From the NCBI RefSeq assembly GCF_018350175.1, contig NC_058368.1, positions 45,386,001 through 45,450,000 on the forward strand: DNA of 64,000 bases, written 5' to 3'. The stretch comes from Felis catus. Its lineage: Eukaryota. The position numbers and the translations under genes are program-made. Every line of letters begins with the position of its first letter. The first letter of the stretch is position 1. Shown one piece after another: positions 26,006 through 39,834 of the stretch. The notes under the pieces are model-generated. The model was not told the DNA's origin. It searched no databases and worked only from the letters and a program-made list of their open reading frames with translations.

Positions 26006-26336
26006 AAAATACACTTGGAACTGAAAAAAAGCAAGATTGTCCCTAAGCCAGTTACTTATTAAAAGCAAAAGCAGAGGTCATGTCAAGGCCAGTTGAAGGA
26101 ATAAGTAGCTCATCTGTCTTTTTGGTGGAGTAAGAAGCTGTTTTACATATGTAAAAATTGGTGACCTTCAAATATACTTATGCTAATAAAGTGACAATAG
26201 ATAGAATAACAGATAGAAAAAAGGGCACATTTCTTCATATGTTATGCAAGAGAATTCTTTCTCAATATTATATTCCTAAATATTAAAATAATAGAAATGA
26301 ATATGACTTACAAATCTTTCATTTTAATAAACTTTT

Positions 26337-26554
26337 TAAAAAATTTACTTATTTTGAGAGAGACTGAGTGAGTGAGAGCAGGACAGGGGCAGTGAGAGAG
26401 AGAGGAAGAGACAGAATGCCAAGCAGGCTCCAGACTGTTAGCATAGAGCTCAAAGTGGGGGGGGGGGCTCCATTTGACAAACCAAACCATGAGATCATGA
26501 ACTGAAGTGAAATCAAGAGTCAGATGCTTAAGTGACTGAGCCACCCAGACGCCC
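26337..26554 (-). mobile_element. CanSINE
   Basis: Reverse SINE head; TSD ATAAACTTTT. Confidence 0.9.
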
Positions 26555-26564
26555 TATAAACTTT

Positions 26565-27670
26565 TAATTTTAAAACAGATGAAGATTTACAGAAAAATTT
26601 ACTATATACTCCTCACCTAGTTTACCCTATTGTTATCAGCTTATATTACCAAGGAGTAATTGTCACAAGTAACCAACACTGGCACATTATTAACTAAACT
26701 CTAGGCTTTTTATTTCATTTACTAGTTTGTCCATTAATGTCTTTTTCTATGTCAGGATCCCTTAGAGGGAACCACATTGCATTCAGTCATCCTTTCTTTA
26801 GCCTCTTCTGGTCTGTAAAAGTTTCTCAGTCTTTCCTCCTGCTGCATGACTTTGAAAAGTTTGAGTTTACTCAGGTAGTTTGTAGAATGTTCTTTAATAT
26901 AGGTCAGTGTGATGTTTTCCCTTTAGTTACGCTGGACTTTTGTGTTTGGGGAGGTATCACAGAGATGAAGTGACTTTCTGATCACATTATATCAGGGACA
27001 CGCAACAGCAACATGTTTACATCACTGTTGATGTAAACCTTGGTCACCTAGCCCAGGTAGTGTTTGGCAGGTTCCTCTACCATGAAGTCATCGGCAGCCC
27101 CTACTATATCCTCACGTTCCCTGGACCTTTACATATTCTAGTCTTTGGAAGAAAATCACTGTATACATCCTATGCCAGCAAAGCATTTGCACTGTGTGTT
27201 TGGGGGGTGGGATTTAGCTCTACTGCCTAACCCACTGTAGGGGGATTGCCAACATAAATTATTTGGAGTACTTCTGTATGGAAGATTTATATCTTCTCTA
27301 TTTATTCATTTATATATTTATATCAGTATGGATTTATGGATGCTTATTTTATTCTGTGTTGTAATCCAGTTCAATATAAATGTTATTAAAAATAAATGTT
27401 ATTTATTGTGTTGTTCAAATTGTTTGAGCCTCTTGTCAATTGGATGCTCTTCCTGTTTCACTCTTGGGTCCCTTTCACATGTCCCTGCATTTTTTTTTTC
27501 AAACACGTACTTATTTTTTGTCACTACAAAGGTACTCTAACCTCATCTTATATTTTCCCTTTTAAGCCCCAAATCCAACTAATCATCTAAGAAGTTTCAA
27601 TTTATTTTATTAGAGAAGGGTATTTTAAAACAAGTTCTGGTCATCGGTTGTTCTCTTTGTTGATGGGATG
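26565..27670 (-). mobile_element. Old L1 (L1MC-type) 3' region
   Basis: Antisense L1MC 3' UTR-like motifs (ccacattgcattcagtcatc, gatgtaaaccttggtcacctagcccaggtagtgtttggcagg). Confidence 0.75.
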
Positions 27671-28977
27671 TCTAATCCTTTTTCTTAGCCTCATCACTTC
27701 ATTCAATCAACTAGTTGATCTTTCATATAGGATAGTAAATTATTCTTTTAATCTGAAACTGTAAATGGCAGAAGGATAATCAATGAGTATTAGAGACACT
27801 GAAAGTGGGACCATTTTGTGCAGTGGTCTAAAACCTATCTAATTAAGTTATCATTCAGGGCCTCACCAAAAAATATATTGGACTCAAAATGAAAGTATGT
27901 GAGTTCAAGTCCCAGATCCTATGTTCTTGAAGACTATGTCATTTCAGTAGCCAAAGAGTTATAGTGGGAATTAGAGTGTGTGTGTTTGAGTATCTCTAGT
28001 TTATAAAGAATTAAGTGTGTTCTCTGTGTGGGTATGAGAGGTTATCTGGCATACCTGTGGTCATGGGCCAGGTTTGTATAGAAATAAGACTGGATTTCAG
28101 GTAATATAGGTTCCCATTTAGTTTACTTTTCACAAAACAACACAACACCTGAATCTCCTTTACTCATATTATTGATGATGCTAGCTCTACAGCCTGCCTT
28201 TTAGGGTTGTTTTAAGAAAAAAATTGAATGAATTCATGACAACACAATATTCAAATACAAGACAAAGACTCTTCTTATTCCAAACCATTAATTCTGTACA
28301 TCTAAGATGAATGCAATAATTAAAATATGTGGAACAACCATGCCTGCAGGGTTTCATATGCAGAGTTCAACTTACCAACAACTCCCTGAATAAGTTTCAT
28401 TATCTTCATCTTATAAGTATGTAAACTTCAAAACAGTGTTTAATTAACTAATGTAGGGTCATTTCTCTGGTAAGCAGTGGTGAATCAAACTCAAATTTTC
28501 TGCCCCACTTCAAAAATTTCATTATTTCCATAATTTCAAGATGCCTATTCCCCTTCTTTAGGATATGTGATTTAGAAAGAGTTTAATGGAAGTAACCTTT
28601 CTACTTTCAATAAACCCACATCTTACTGCTCATCGCTTATTCATCATATGTTGCTCTGTATTATAGTTATTTAGGAGCAATTTTCATCTTTCCTTGTCAA
28701 TTTTCTGCTCTCCTAAAGGGCACTTACTGGTTACATTGAGGACATAAGTGATTATTGAATTAATAAATGTTCTTCCATATGGAAAGAAAGGGAGTGAGTG
28801 AAAATGAAATAAGGTAAAATAAAATAAAGTCTCAAGCTGATTTCTTTTTTGCTCAGTTGTCATTGAAGAAGTAGGAAATTTATGATTTAGTGGATCCTTC
28901 AGCAAAGAAGGTTTAGATCCCTTAAATGCTAATACAATTTTTAAAAGAACCCTCATTTATTACTATGCATATCATTT

Positions 28978-29546
28978 GAATCAGGATATTCAGGCTTAAT
29001 ATAACTGAAAATCAAATGAAGAGTCTGGTAAAATGATACTAACAGAAACCACAGAGTTAGGCAGTGTCTTACTCTTCCATACATCAGTGACGCCTTCGAG
29101 AACCTAGGCTTTCGCCTACTTGGTTTATTCCATCACTGCCTTGAATTCCATCCCCAGGTTTGTCACCTAATGTTTGAAAGATAAGTGCCTCAGATCCAGG
29201 TTTTGGACCGTCTTCCATGATAATGTTCAAAACAGTAAAGGGTGGTAGACAGAACAAAGGGTTAGTGTCTCCTCATATAGATTTCTTTTTTCTTTCTTTT
29301 ATTAATCAGGAAGAATAATCTCTCTAAAAGTCTCCCAGTTGTCTTCCTCTTAGATCTTGGTAAAAACTGGGTTACATGCCTGCACCCACAACAATCACTC
29401 GTAAAAGGAATTATGATTAACATAAGAGTATTGGAACAGTTCACACTCAAAGTTGGGCACACTGCTATCCAAACAAAAACAGGATCAGGGTAGTGAGGGA
29501 GAAAGGGTCATTGCCGTGGGACAGAGAGAAAACAGTGCTTGTCACA
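28978..29546 (-). mobile_element. Old MaLR LTR (MLT1K-like)
   Basis: Motifs aactgggttacatgcctgcacccacaacaatcact and the end acagtgcttgtcaca. Confidence 0.6.
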
Positions 29547-30207
29547 AGTACATCCAGGCTATACAGCACATCTTCCATTGTCAAAGGGCAGCAGCTAAGC
29601 ACAAAAAGCAAAGAGGTAAACTAGAGAACTAATCAGACCATAGAAGTGAGCAGAGACCTACATTCTAGTATTTTTAGTATGGTCCAGCTTGCCCAGGATG
29701 CCAGGATGTAGGAACAGCCTATTTCTAGAGCACAATTACATTGGGTGTTATGATAGACCCAAGTGAAAATGAGAATTTAGCCAGGAGTTGGGTCAAAAGG
29801 TTAAAAAATTGTTTGCTAGAAAAAGAGGAATATTTAAGCCTGGCCATCTGTCAGGGCTCTGTTCAAGAGGACTGGAATTCATGTCCTAAATAAGGGACAA
29901 CTAAATATGAGAAAAATTCCTAGGCACACACTGAGAATGGGGACAAGGTACCAAGCAGCACAGTTGGCTGTGAGGTCAGAGACATTGACCTAGGTGAAGA
30001 CAGAAACATTGTGGGTTTTAAGGCAGATAACTTGCAAACCACTATGTTACCCCCACTAATGAAGATGGGTTTCCTTAAGAAATAAATCATGCTTGGTTTT
30101 GATTTTCTCAGGCATTGTATGGGGTTGAGCTGCTAAGTTAAATGCCTTTATCAATTGTGACAACACAAAGCCAGCCCCAGGAGTGACAACACATTTTATA
30201 AAATGGT

Positions 30208-30430
30208 TATTTTTGATTGGTGCTAATGAGTATCAGACACTGTACACACATATGAGCTTATTTAATCTGTCAAACAATTTGTGAGGTAGCTTTTATTATC
30301 TTTATTCTTCAATTGGAGAAAATGAGACCCAGAACATAAATATTCCCAAGGTCAAACTGTAAGCAATGAGGCCAAGATGTGATCCCTGTTCTGCTGAACT
30401 CCAAAGCCTGTGCTCTAAAACAGACACCAT
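30208..30430 (-). mobile_element. MIR
   Basis: atttaatc..aacaatttgtgaggtag..ttattatc..gagaaaatgagacccaga..cccaaggtca..ctccaaagcctgtgctct. Confidence 0.8.
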
Positions 30431-31360
30431 ATGTCTCATATTTACGGCTTGTCAAGGCCTGATTTACACACAGGAGTTGCAGTTTCTTATTCTACTAGGA
30501 CTTCATGGGATCCGTTAATCAATCTGGTGGTTTATAAACCAGACAGACCATGTGTTACAGGACTGTGGAAAGCTGTCTATTCAGCTGCTGCATTGTGAGA
30601 ACTTGCAAGCAGTCAACCCCACCTCATTTAGATTGTTTCTCTCTGAAGATCATCTCAAAAACATGAAAGTTTTGCAAATGTCTGTGAGAAAAAAAAAAAA
30701 AAAAGAGCAGACCTGAACTGTCACTTTGAATGGCATTCAGAATTGTTCATTGGAGCCCAAAATGAAACTCGGGTGTCTCATTTAATGAAGGACCTGCAAT
30801 ATCATATTTAACCAACACTTTTTAAGCAGATGGTTATAGTGCTAAGCAGAAAAATAAGCATTTCTTAATTTATGGATATCTGTCAGTGCAGCAAAATATG
30901 CCTAAAATGTTAAGTTTTTTTTCTATATAGATTTTATGAATTTGAAATAGTCCCTGGGTGCTAGTCTTATACTCAAAATTTGAGACATACACCAGGGACA
31001 GGAAAAAAATTAAAGAAAATAAAAAACGCTTAGAAAAAGGTGATCTCAGCTATAGGTAGAATGTTAAGTTCTGCACAGCAGCATTTTAAACATGAATTTG
31101 TGAATTTGTCTGCCAGAAATTCAAATCAGCTGTCCTATTTCATAACTGTATCCAATTTTTGTTTTCAGGGAAACATACATCACATTTTGAAGAATGAACT
31201 AAAGAAATTGTAACTATACTAGAAATTCTAAATTGTTAATACATATGTGAAATATTTTTATTAGTTCTAATTGTCCCTAAAATACTAAGAAAGTTAATTC
31301 AAAAATAAAGAATACCCTAATAGAAAATATTCACTATTTTCAAAAAGTTTGATATTTGTT

Positions 31361-31568
31361 GGGCTCCTGGGTGGCTCAGTTGGTTAAGCATCAGACTCTT
31401 GATTTTGGTTCAGGTTATGTTTGTGAGATCTAGCCCGGCCTCTGGCTCTGGGCTGAGCATGTGGAGCCTGCTTGAGATTCCCTTTCTCCCTCTTTCTGCT
31501 CCTCCCTTGCTCACACATGTATGCTCTCTCTCTCCCACCCCCTCTCTCTTTCAAATAAATAAACATTT
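31361..31568 (+). mobile_element. CanSINE
   Basis: SINE head and tail; TSD core AAAAGTTTGATA at 31343-31354 and 31569-31580. Confidence 0.9.
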
Positions 31569-32609
31569 AAAAGTTTGATACTTACTATCCAAACATTTCA
31601 TAAAATAAGGGGAATTTTTAGAAATTGTTTATAATCCCTGGAAACAAAAATACACAGGAAACAATAGTGTAAGAGTTTCTTAAAATTGTCTTACTTAGGA
31701 TTTTTAGAGGTAAGCGGCTTCTTCTCTTGACTTTGCAGTGAAAAGCTAATAATAATCAGAATAGGACCCACACATTATGTACTTTCTAGGTTCCAGGTAA
31801 TTTTTAAAAGGAGATAATGAATTTATGACGCCAGTGCAATAATATTAGAGATGGTGTTAGCTACATATTATAACAACAGCTAGCTATTACTTATTTTTCT
31901 AAGCATTATAAACAGATTTTTTCTAGTCACTCTAAATAGTATCCTTGTCAGTATTACTACCAACTACAATTTATAAATCAGGAAATTGACATTTAAAAGC
32001 ATTGCAAAATGTACCTAAGACGAGTAGTAGAGAGTGTGATTCAAAACCTTCTGGTTCCAAAACCTACGAATTACTCTAAAAAGCCATAAGGCTACTTTTA
32101 TCACCTAATTTGGAAACGGACTATTCCAATTCTAGGGTTTGAGAACTATGTGAGAGATGAACTTAAAGCAGCCTAAACCTGTTGCATATTCATGAAGAGT
32201 CAATTTTGCTGGACCAGGAAGTGTTTTTCCCATTGAGACAAATGAAGTTTTGTCATGAAATAAAATGCAAAAGTTCTATGGATTAATAGGCCAAATGGAA
32301 TATTTAAAATTATAAAAGGTGTGCTCTAACCCCTATATACACTGTAGTGACAAATTTATATTTTGCAATTATTGGACTATTTTTAGTAGCTTTAGAAAGT
32401 TCAGGGAATGGTGTTTAAAAAGTCTTTGCTCAAAAACAACTAACACCACTGGTGTCCTCAGAGGGCCTAAAATCTCCCTGCTAAGTCATGATTTTTTAGA
32501 GCAGTGATAATCATTAAAATTCTACTTAGCAAAACAGTATTTGAGATCAAATTGTATTTAGAACTGAAGACATAGAATCAGTGATTGTAGTAGCATGCCA
32601 AGTTTAAGT

Positions 32610-33270
32610 CTGGGGACCTTTTCTTCCTATATATGCTGACTCACTTGATGATCTGACCCAGTTTCCTAGTTCAATACGGGCAATGTACTGATGATCCCCA
32701 GATTTGTATCTTTAGCTCAGCTTTCTACCCTTGGGTATAGATCATTGCCAACGCCTAATTATATTTAGAAGCCTATAGATAACTTTAAATAAGCATGCAT
32801 ATGACTGATTTCCCGACTTTTCCCTTCTACCCACCAAATTTCTTTTCTATTGTCTATCCATCTCACTTTTTGAAAATGTAAACTCAGTAGCTCAGAGCAA
32901 AACTCTGGAAATTATGGACTGAAATTAACTTTCTCCCTCCCTCTTTGTCTCACACATGCATATACACACCACCCTTTAATGTACGTTCTATTTCTACCTC
33001 TAATTAATCAGGATATCCTAGACTTCATCTTCAATATGTATCCACAATCTTGAGCACTTCTCACTATTTCTACCATCTTCTGTAATCTAGATTAATGTAC
33101 TAGTCTCCTACCAGGTGTCCTTGATCCTGCTCTTAACTACTGGAGTCTATTTCCAACAGAGTAGCCAGAGTGAATATTTTTTCAAACATAAATCAGGTTT
33201 TGTTGATATGTTCAAATTCCTTCAACTGCTCTCCATTTCACTAGAAGTATGAGACAAACTTTTCAGGTGG
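32610..33270 (+). mobile_element. L2 fragment
   Basis: L2 RT-derived motif (tactgatgatccccagatttgtatct) and ccaacagagtagccagagtga. Confidence 0.7.
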
Positions 33271-34397
33271 ATCCTCTTATATACTTTCTACCCAAAATAG
33301 GGTAGAATCAGCCATTTCTGCAAGGAGTGCTAGCTCTTTTTAATAGAAAGCAAAATTGGAATGCAGATTGTGTTCATTGCCACTGTGTTGTCACTGCTTC
33401 TAGGCTCTCTCAATAGACAGGGGTAGAATGTATGTGTATATATAATAATCCATGTTTAAACATGGTACACATACATTTTAGAGAACGACATAGAGAAATT
33501 AGTGAGCTTATAGCAGCAGGAGATACAGGCACAGGGAAGGCTGATGTTTATTTATAATAGTCCTGGGAAACCCTAGGGTATTAAATGGACTTCTCATATT
33601 TGAATGCAGAGTGGTATCTAAGTGGGAAGACGCCCATAACAATCCAGGATATAACCTTTTAACAAATACTAACCTTAAGAAAACTGAGTATGCTAACTTG
33701 GGAGTGTTGCACAGGATGTAGGAAGCGTACCATTACTAACCCCTTAATATGGTGAACTCTTACTTTTCATATTCACCATGTGAAATCAATTTACCAGCTG
33801 CATTTTCACAAAAGTATTAATGGGAACAATGCCTGGCAAAAGAGGACATTCAATGCACATTTCTTGAATGAATGAATGAATGAGTGAGTGAATGGGCAGT
33901 TTTTATTGTATCACAGTTCATTAAAATAAAAAATATGGACAACAAAATCCATGAAAAGGAGTATTCTTGAAGTCTAAGACAGTCCTTTATAATTGTCTTC
34001 CCATAAATGTACAAATAAACATAAACAATAAAAATTTCCTTAGAAAAAGAAAATATAATAAAGCTCAAAAGAATGGGTGACAGTGTTTGCTAAACAAGAC
34101 TCAGAAAACAACTATGCTAAAGCTGCTCAATTCTATATACCTTTGGATCCTAACATACCTTATTGTAATTGTAAGGTAATTTGGCATGCTCAAAATACAC
34201 TCCTTGAGCATCTCTTGGTGTGCCTGCCTTCAAGTCAGCTGATGGTGAAGGAGATCGTATATATACAAACAAATAAGAAAACCATTTCTTATTGGAAGTG
34301 ACCCAGAGTCACATGGTGCGTGTTCCACCCTCACTACCTTCTAAAAAAAGGGCTACTAAAATGCCCTATTGAGGAAATCACAACCATTTCCTCTGTT

Positions 34398-35080
34398 GTA
34401 TTGGATTTCAATCACTTCTTTAAAAAGTAACATGAAATTAGTAATTTAAAAAGAAACACATTCATTGTCAGAATTCCGTAGATCAAAAGTTCAGGTACAG
34501 TGTGGCACAGCTGAGTCTTTTGCGTAGAGTTCTATAAGGCTGAAATCAAGGGCTGGAAAAACTTCTACCTGTCTGAAGGCTCTGGTAGTAAATCCCATTC
34601 TAAGTTCATTCAAGTAGTTGGCGGAATTCATTTCCTAGAGGTGGTAGGACGATGCTCCCTGCTTCCCTGCTGGGCTGTAACTGGGGGTCATTCTCAGCCT
34701 ACAGAAGTTGTCTGCTTTTCTGGGTCCATGCTCCCACCCCCGCCTCTCCATCTTCAAAATGGCACTGACAGTCTAATTTTTCTCAAGTTTCATGTCCAGC
34801 TTTTCCTCAGCCTCATGTCTCATATCACTCCCTCTTTCGACACATCTTTCACACTACTCTCCTTTTAAAGTCTGTGTAATTGGGCCTTCCAAATAATTTA
34901 GGATAATCAGGATAATAATTTAGGATAAACTTATTTTTAAGGTCACTTAATAATCTCATCTCCATCTGCAAAGTATTTCACAGAAGTACCTCGATTAGTG
35001 TTCGTTGGAATAGCCAGTGGATGAGAACTTGGGTGGTGGCGGGAGCCGGGGGGAGGAGGATCATAAATCTGCCTACTACA
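34398..35080 (-). mobile_element. MaLR LTR (MLT1D/E-like)
   Basis: aaggctgaaatcaagg, gttggcggaattcatttcct, and the end tctgcctactaca. Confidence 0.8.
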
Positions 35081-36276
35081 TATTTGGAATATTTCCTATT
35101 TCAGCTCTACACTGACCTAGCATCAGCATCAACACATGACACAAAAAGCAGCAAATCCATACAATGGTCAGCAACCTAAGACTCTCTGTTTATATTCTGG
35201 TAATCCAAATTTAGCTAATCATCACCCATATTTTTTCCCCTCCCAACAATGTTTAACTTGAATCTTACTGTGAGAAAACAATCAAGCATGCTGATATAGA
35301 GGGCATTCTGGAAAACAACTGGTTTGAAGTCATTAAAGTTCAATGTCATAGAAGAAAATAAAAATGGCTTGTTACTCATGTCAGTTAAAGGAAACTAAAG
35401 GGAATTTTTGATCGGAATATTCTTCTCTCTGTTCTATTAGGATACATTATATGGAGATGGGAGAGATTGTCCTTTTGGTTCCTAGATTTCTGAATCAAGG
35501 AACATACCCAGAAAAATATTCATGTGAACAAGAGGAAAAGGGGATACTATCTTTTCACAATAAGAGGGAAGGCAAAATTATGATCTCCACTTTTAGAAAA
35601 CAACATTAATTTAGGAAGAATGCCGAATAATTGAATATTGAAATATATTTATGTTTGTTAAACTCATATATGAGGCTAATGAAATTCATAGTCTTTAAAT
35701 ACTATAAATAAATGGCAATATTGAAATAATTATATACCCTACCAAAGAGTAACTAAAAGAACTGAAAGATTAACTGATTCATAGAGAGAGTAATAAACTC
35801 TTGTGCATGCAGTCATAAACCCTATGCTACTTTCTTTATGATATAATTTTAAGGGTGGTCATCTTTTTGTTATAGATGCTATATTTTCATTTTTTATGTA
35901 TAAGTATAAATTGATACCTGATGTCACATATCTTAGTAGCACTCAAAAAACACTAACTCTTCAAATACCTGGAACTGAAGTGTTTTCCCCATGGAACACT
36001 GATGTCTATAATTTGGCAGCTGAAAGCTAATGACCAGACAGAGAATTAGGTCTCCCAAACTGATGCTAAAAAGACGTTTGCTAGCCTCCCCAGTAGACCA
36101 GAATAAATGTTCTAATGATGCTATTTGTATATTTTTGGTAAAATTTTACTTTTAAATGTTGATCATGTAATGGGATAGGCTGTCTCATTTTTTTTTCCTT
36201 GTGGAAGTCTAACAGTGGTTAGATTTTGGCCCAAGATATTAACAGAGGTTGAAGTTCATCAAAATAAACTGTTACA

Positions 36277-39265
36277 GACTTCCAGGGAAGATGGTGGAGT
36301 TGAAGGACCCTAAGCTCACCTCCTCCCATCAGTGTAAATAACCCAGAAAATGACCTGAAGACTCAACAAACTTTCCCCAGCTAAATGTAGGGATGAGGAG
36401 ACATCAAAAAGGGTAGGAAGGGTGGAGACAGGTGAGGAGCTAAGCAAACCTGCTGGACTTTCTGTGGGAGAGAAAGACCCCATGGACACAGAGAGGGGAG
36501 AGAAATAGAATATCACACCAGGAGGGTGACAGGAAATTCACCCTGCCCTTAAAGAGACAGTACCAAAAAAACAGCCCTATAGATATATAGCACAGAGGCA
36601 GCAGTTTGAAAACCCCCTGGAGAATATGTGGTATATTTATTTACTAATCTCAGAGCATTTGCTAAAGATGCAAGGCTCATTGGGGATTTCTCCAGGACCA
36701 AAGGAGCTGGCAGGCATCATTTCCCTCTACCACCCTGAAGCTTAGACACATGGACATTGGCAGGAACCAGCAGAGTGACAACACTGGCTACCTAACTTGC
36801 TAATAGTGTGTCCCACCCATGTATTCTCCTGTGGACACACTGCCTCCAACCAGGCCTCAATTCCAGGTCCGCTACCAAAGAAGACCAGTTAAAAGCTTGC
36901 TAACACCGTGTGTTGTCTCTACCATATGTTTAAATAGCCTGCCTCAGTCCCCAGAAGCTACAGGTCCCCTTCCATGGGTGTGGATCTTGCTGTTACCATT
37001 CACCCTGTCTTCATGTTCTCCTGTAGTTTGGTGCTACTGCCTGTCTAGGAAATAATTGGTCTGATTCAATATAATTCCAAGATGGCCCCAGAATGGCCAA
37101 GCAACAACAACAGAGGGACCAAACTCTGCCCATAACAGACAAAGAGAACAATTACAAATGACTGGACTGAAAGCAAAACATCTTTCCACAACATCAGGAT
37201 GCATGCAACACGTAGGAGACACTCCTAAAGTGACAGGTTCTGTTGAACAAGAGAGACACTGCATTGCAGAGCACTATGGGACCTCCTCTTCATAAGTTCA
37301 CTACATTCAAGAGGAGGAGATAGAGCTGACTTTCATAACATACAGAAACAGACACAGAGAGAAAAAAATGAGGAGATGCAGGAATATGTTCCAAATGAAA
37401 GAACAGGACAAAATTACAGCAAGAAACATAGGCAAAACACAGATAAGTAACATGCCTGAGGGACAATTTAAAATAATGGTCATAAAGATATTCACTTGGA
37501 CTTGAGAAAAGGATGAGGACCTCACTGAGGACCTCAGTGAGACCAGCAATGAAAAGATAGAAAAACATAACAAAGAAACAGTCAGAGATGAAGATCTCAA
37601 TAAATGAAATTAAAAATACACAAGATAAGAGGTTAGAGTGGGAGAGAGCCAAAACATAAGAGACTCTTAAAAACTGAGAACAAACTGAGAGTTGATGGGG
37701 GGTGGGAGGGAGGGGTGGGCAGGTGATGGGTATTGAAGAGGGCATCTTTTCGGATGAGCACTGGGTGTTGTATGGAAACCAATTTGACAATAAATTTCAT
37801 ATATTAAAAAAAATACACAGGATGGAAAAAATAATGGACTAGAGGAAGCAGAAGAATGGACCAGTGACCTGGAGGACAGAGTCAAGGAAAGCAATCAGGA
37901 TGAACAAGAGAGATAAAAGTAATAATAATAAATGAAAATAGACTAGGTAATTCAATGACACCATTAAGCATAATAAAACTCAAAATGGATTAAGGAACTA
38001 AATGTGAGAGATGAAACCATGAAAATCCTAGAAGAGAGCAAAGCAGTAATTCCTCTGACATCAGCCATAGCAACATTTTTCTAGATAGGTCTCTTAAGCA
38101 AGGGAAACAAAAGCAAAAATGAACTATTGGGACTATATCAAAACAAAAACTTCTGTACAGCAAAGGCAATAACCAACAAAACTAAAAGAAAACCTACTGA
38201 ATGGGAGAAGATATTTGCCAATGACATATCTGATAAAGGGTTAGTATCCAGAATATATAAAGAACTCCTACAACTCAACACCAGAAAAATAATCCAATTA
38301 AAAATGGGAAGACACATGTACAGACATTTCTCCAAGGAAGACATGCAGATGGCTAACAGACACATGAAATATGCTCAACATCACTCATCAGCCAGGAAAT
38401 GCAAATCAAAACTGCAATGGGATATCACTGCACATCTGTCAAAATGACTAAAATCAAAAACACAAAAAACAACACATATTAGTAAGCTTGTGGAGGAAAA
38501 GGAACTCTCCTGCAATGTGGGAATACAAACTGGAGCAGTCACTATGGAAAACACTATGAATGTTCCTCAAAAATTAAAAATAGAACATATGATACAGTAA
38601 TCCCATTATGTATATTTACCCACAGAATATGAAAACACTAATTTGAAGATATATATATATCCCTATATTTATTGCAGCATTATTTACAAGAGCCAAATTA
38701 TGGAAGCATCCCAAGTGTCCATCAATAATTAAATGGAGAAAATAAGACTGCCATTTTCTATAAATATGAAGTTTTTAATTATATGTTGCATAATGTATTT
38801 ATGTTATATATATATATTTATATACACACACACATATATATATACACACATATATATATCTATATATATATTCCAAGAATATAAAAGAAAATTGAGAAAA
38901 GGGATTTATCTCTTAACATATAAAGTCTTGCCATTTGCAACAACATGGATGGATCTGGAGAATATAATGCTAAGTGAAATAAGTCAGAAAGGCAAATACC
39001 ATATGATCACTCACATGTGGAATTTAAGAAAAACAAATAAAAAGAGGCAAACTAAAAAACAGATCTTAAGTATAGAGAACAAACTGATGGTTACCAGAGG
39101 GGAGGCTGGTGGGGAAATGGGTGAAATAGGTTAAGGGGATTAAGTGCATATTTATCTCAAAGACCACTGAGTAATGTGTAGGATTTTTAACTCATTATAT
39201 TGTATACCTGAAACTAATATAACACGGTATGTTAACTATACTAGGATTAAAATAAAAAAAAAAAC
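36277..39265 (+). mobile_element. Carnivore LINE-1 with 5' UTR, partial ORF1, large internal deletion, ORF2 C-terminus and 3' UTR
   Basis: 5' end gacttccagggaagatggtggag; ORF1 start at 37368 (MRRCRNMFQMKEQDK...MPEGQFKIMVIKIF); ORF2 fragment 38127-38447 ([32 protein letters not shown]); A-rich tail. Confidence 0.92.
37623..37808 (+). mobile_element. Short 5'-truncated felid L1 (L1_Fc-like) 3' end nested in ORF1 of the older L1
   Basis: Felid L1 3' UTR (gatgagcactgggtgttgtatggaaaccaatttgacaataaatttc); TSD AAAAATACACA at 37612-37622 and 37809-37819. Confidence 0.88.
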
Positions 39266-39637
39266 AAATAAAGCTTCCAAAAGACATAGTGTGTTACAAT
39301 TAATTTTGAATTTTTAATTTAATTGCTCCTGAAGATCGAACTCTTATGTGGCATAAAAATATGACTGCCCTTTTCTGTAAATGTTAAATATTTAATTATA
39401 TGTTGCAAAATTATATTTGTTATGTTACTTTATATATAAATATAAATATATATATCTTCTAAGAATATAAAAGAAAATTGAGAAAATGTATTTATATCTT
39501 ATTCTACAAAATTTTGAAAGCATATGAATAAAGCCAATTTCCATATGCATGTTTTGAATTTTGTATGTATCCATATGACCTCAATATTTTATACATTATA
39601 ATTTTAATTACTAAAATCAAATCTTTGTTAAGTATCA

Positions 39638-39834
39638 TTAATTTTTTATTTATTTATTTTTTTTGAGAGAGAGAAAACAGCAGGGGAAGGGCAGAGAGAG
39701 TGTGGGGCAGAGAATCTGAAGCAGGCTCTGTGCTGACAGCAGAGAACCCAATGCAGGACTTGAACCCACGAACCACGAAATCATGACCTGAGCTGAAGTC
39801 AGATGCTCAACCGATTGAGTCACCCAGGTGCCCC
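39638..39834 (-). mobile_element. CanSINE
   Basis: Reverse head; TSD AAGTATCA. Confidence 0.9.

Noticed and set aside
37290..37894. Hydrophobic minus-strand ORFs up to 166 aa
   Set aside because: Antisense read-through of A-rich L1 ORF1 and the nested L1 3' end
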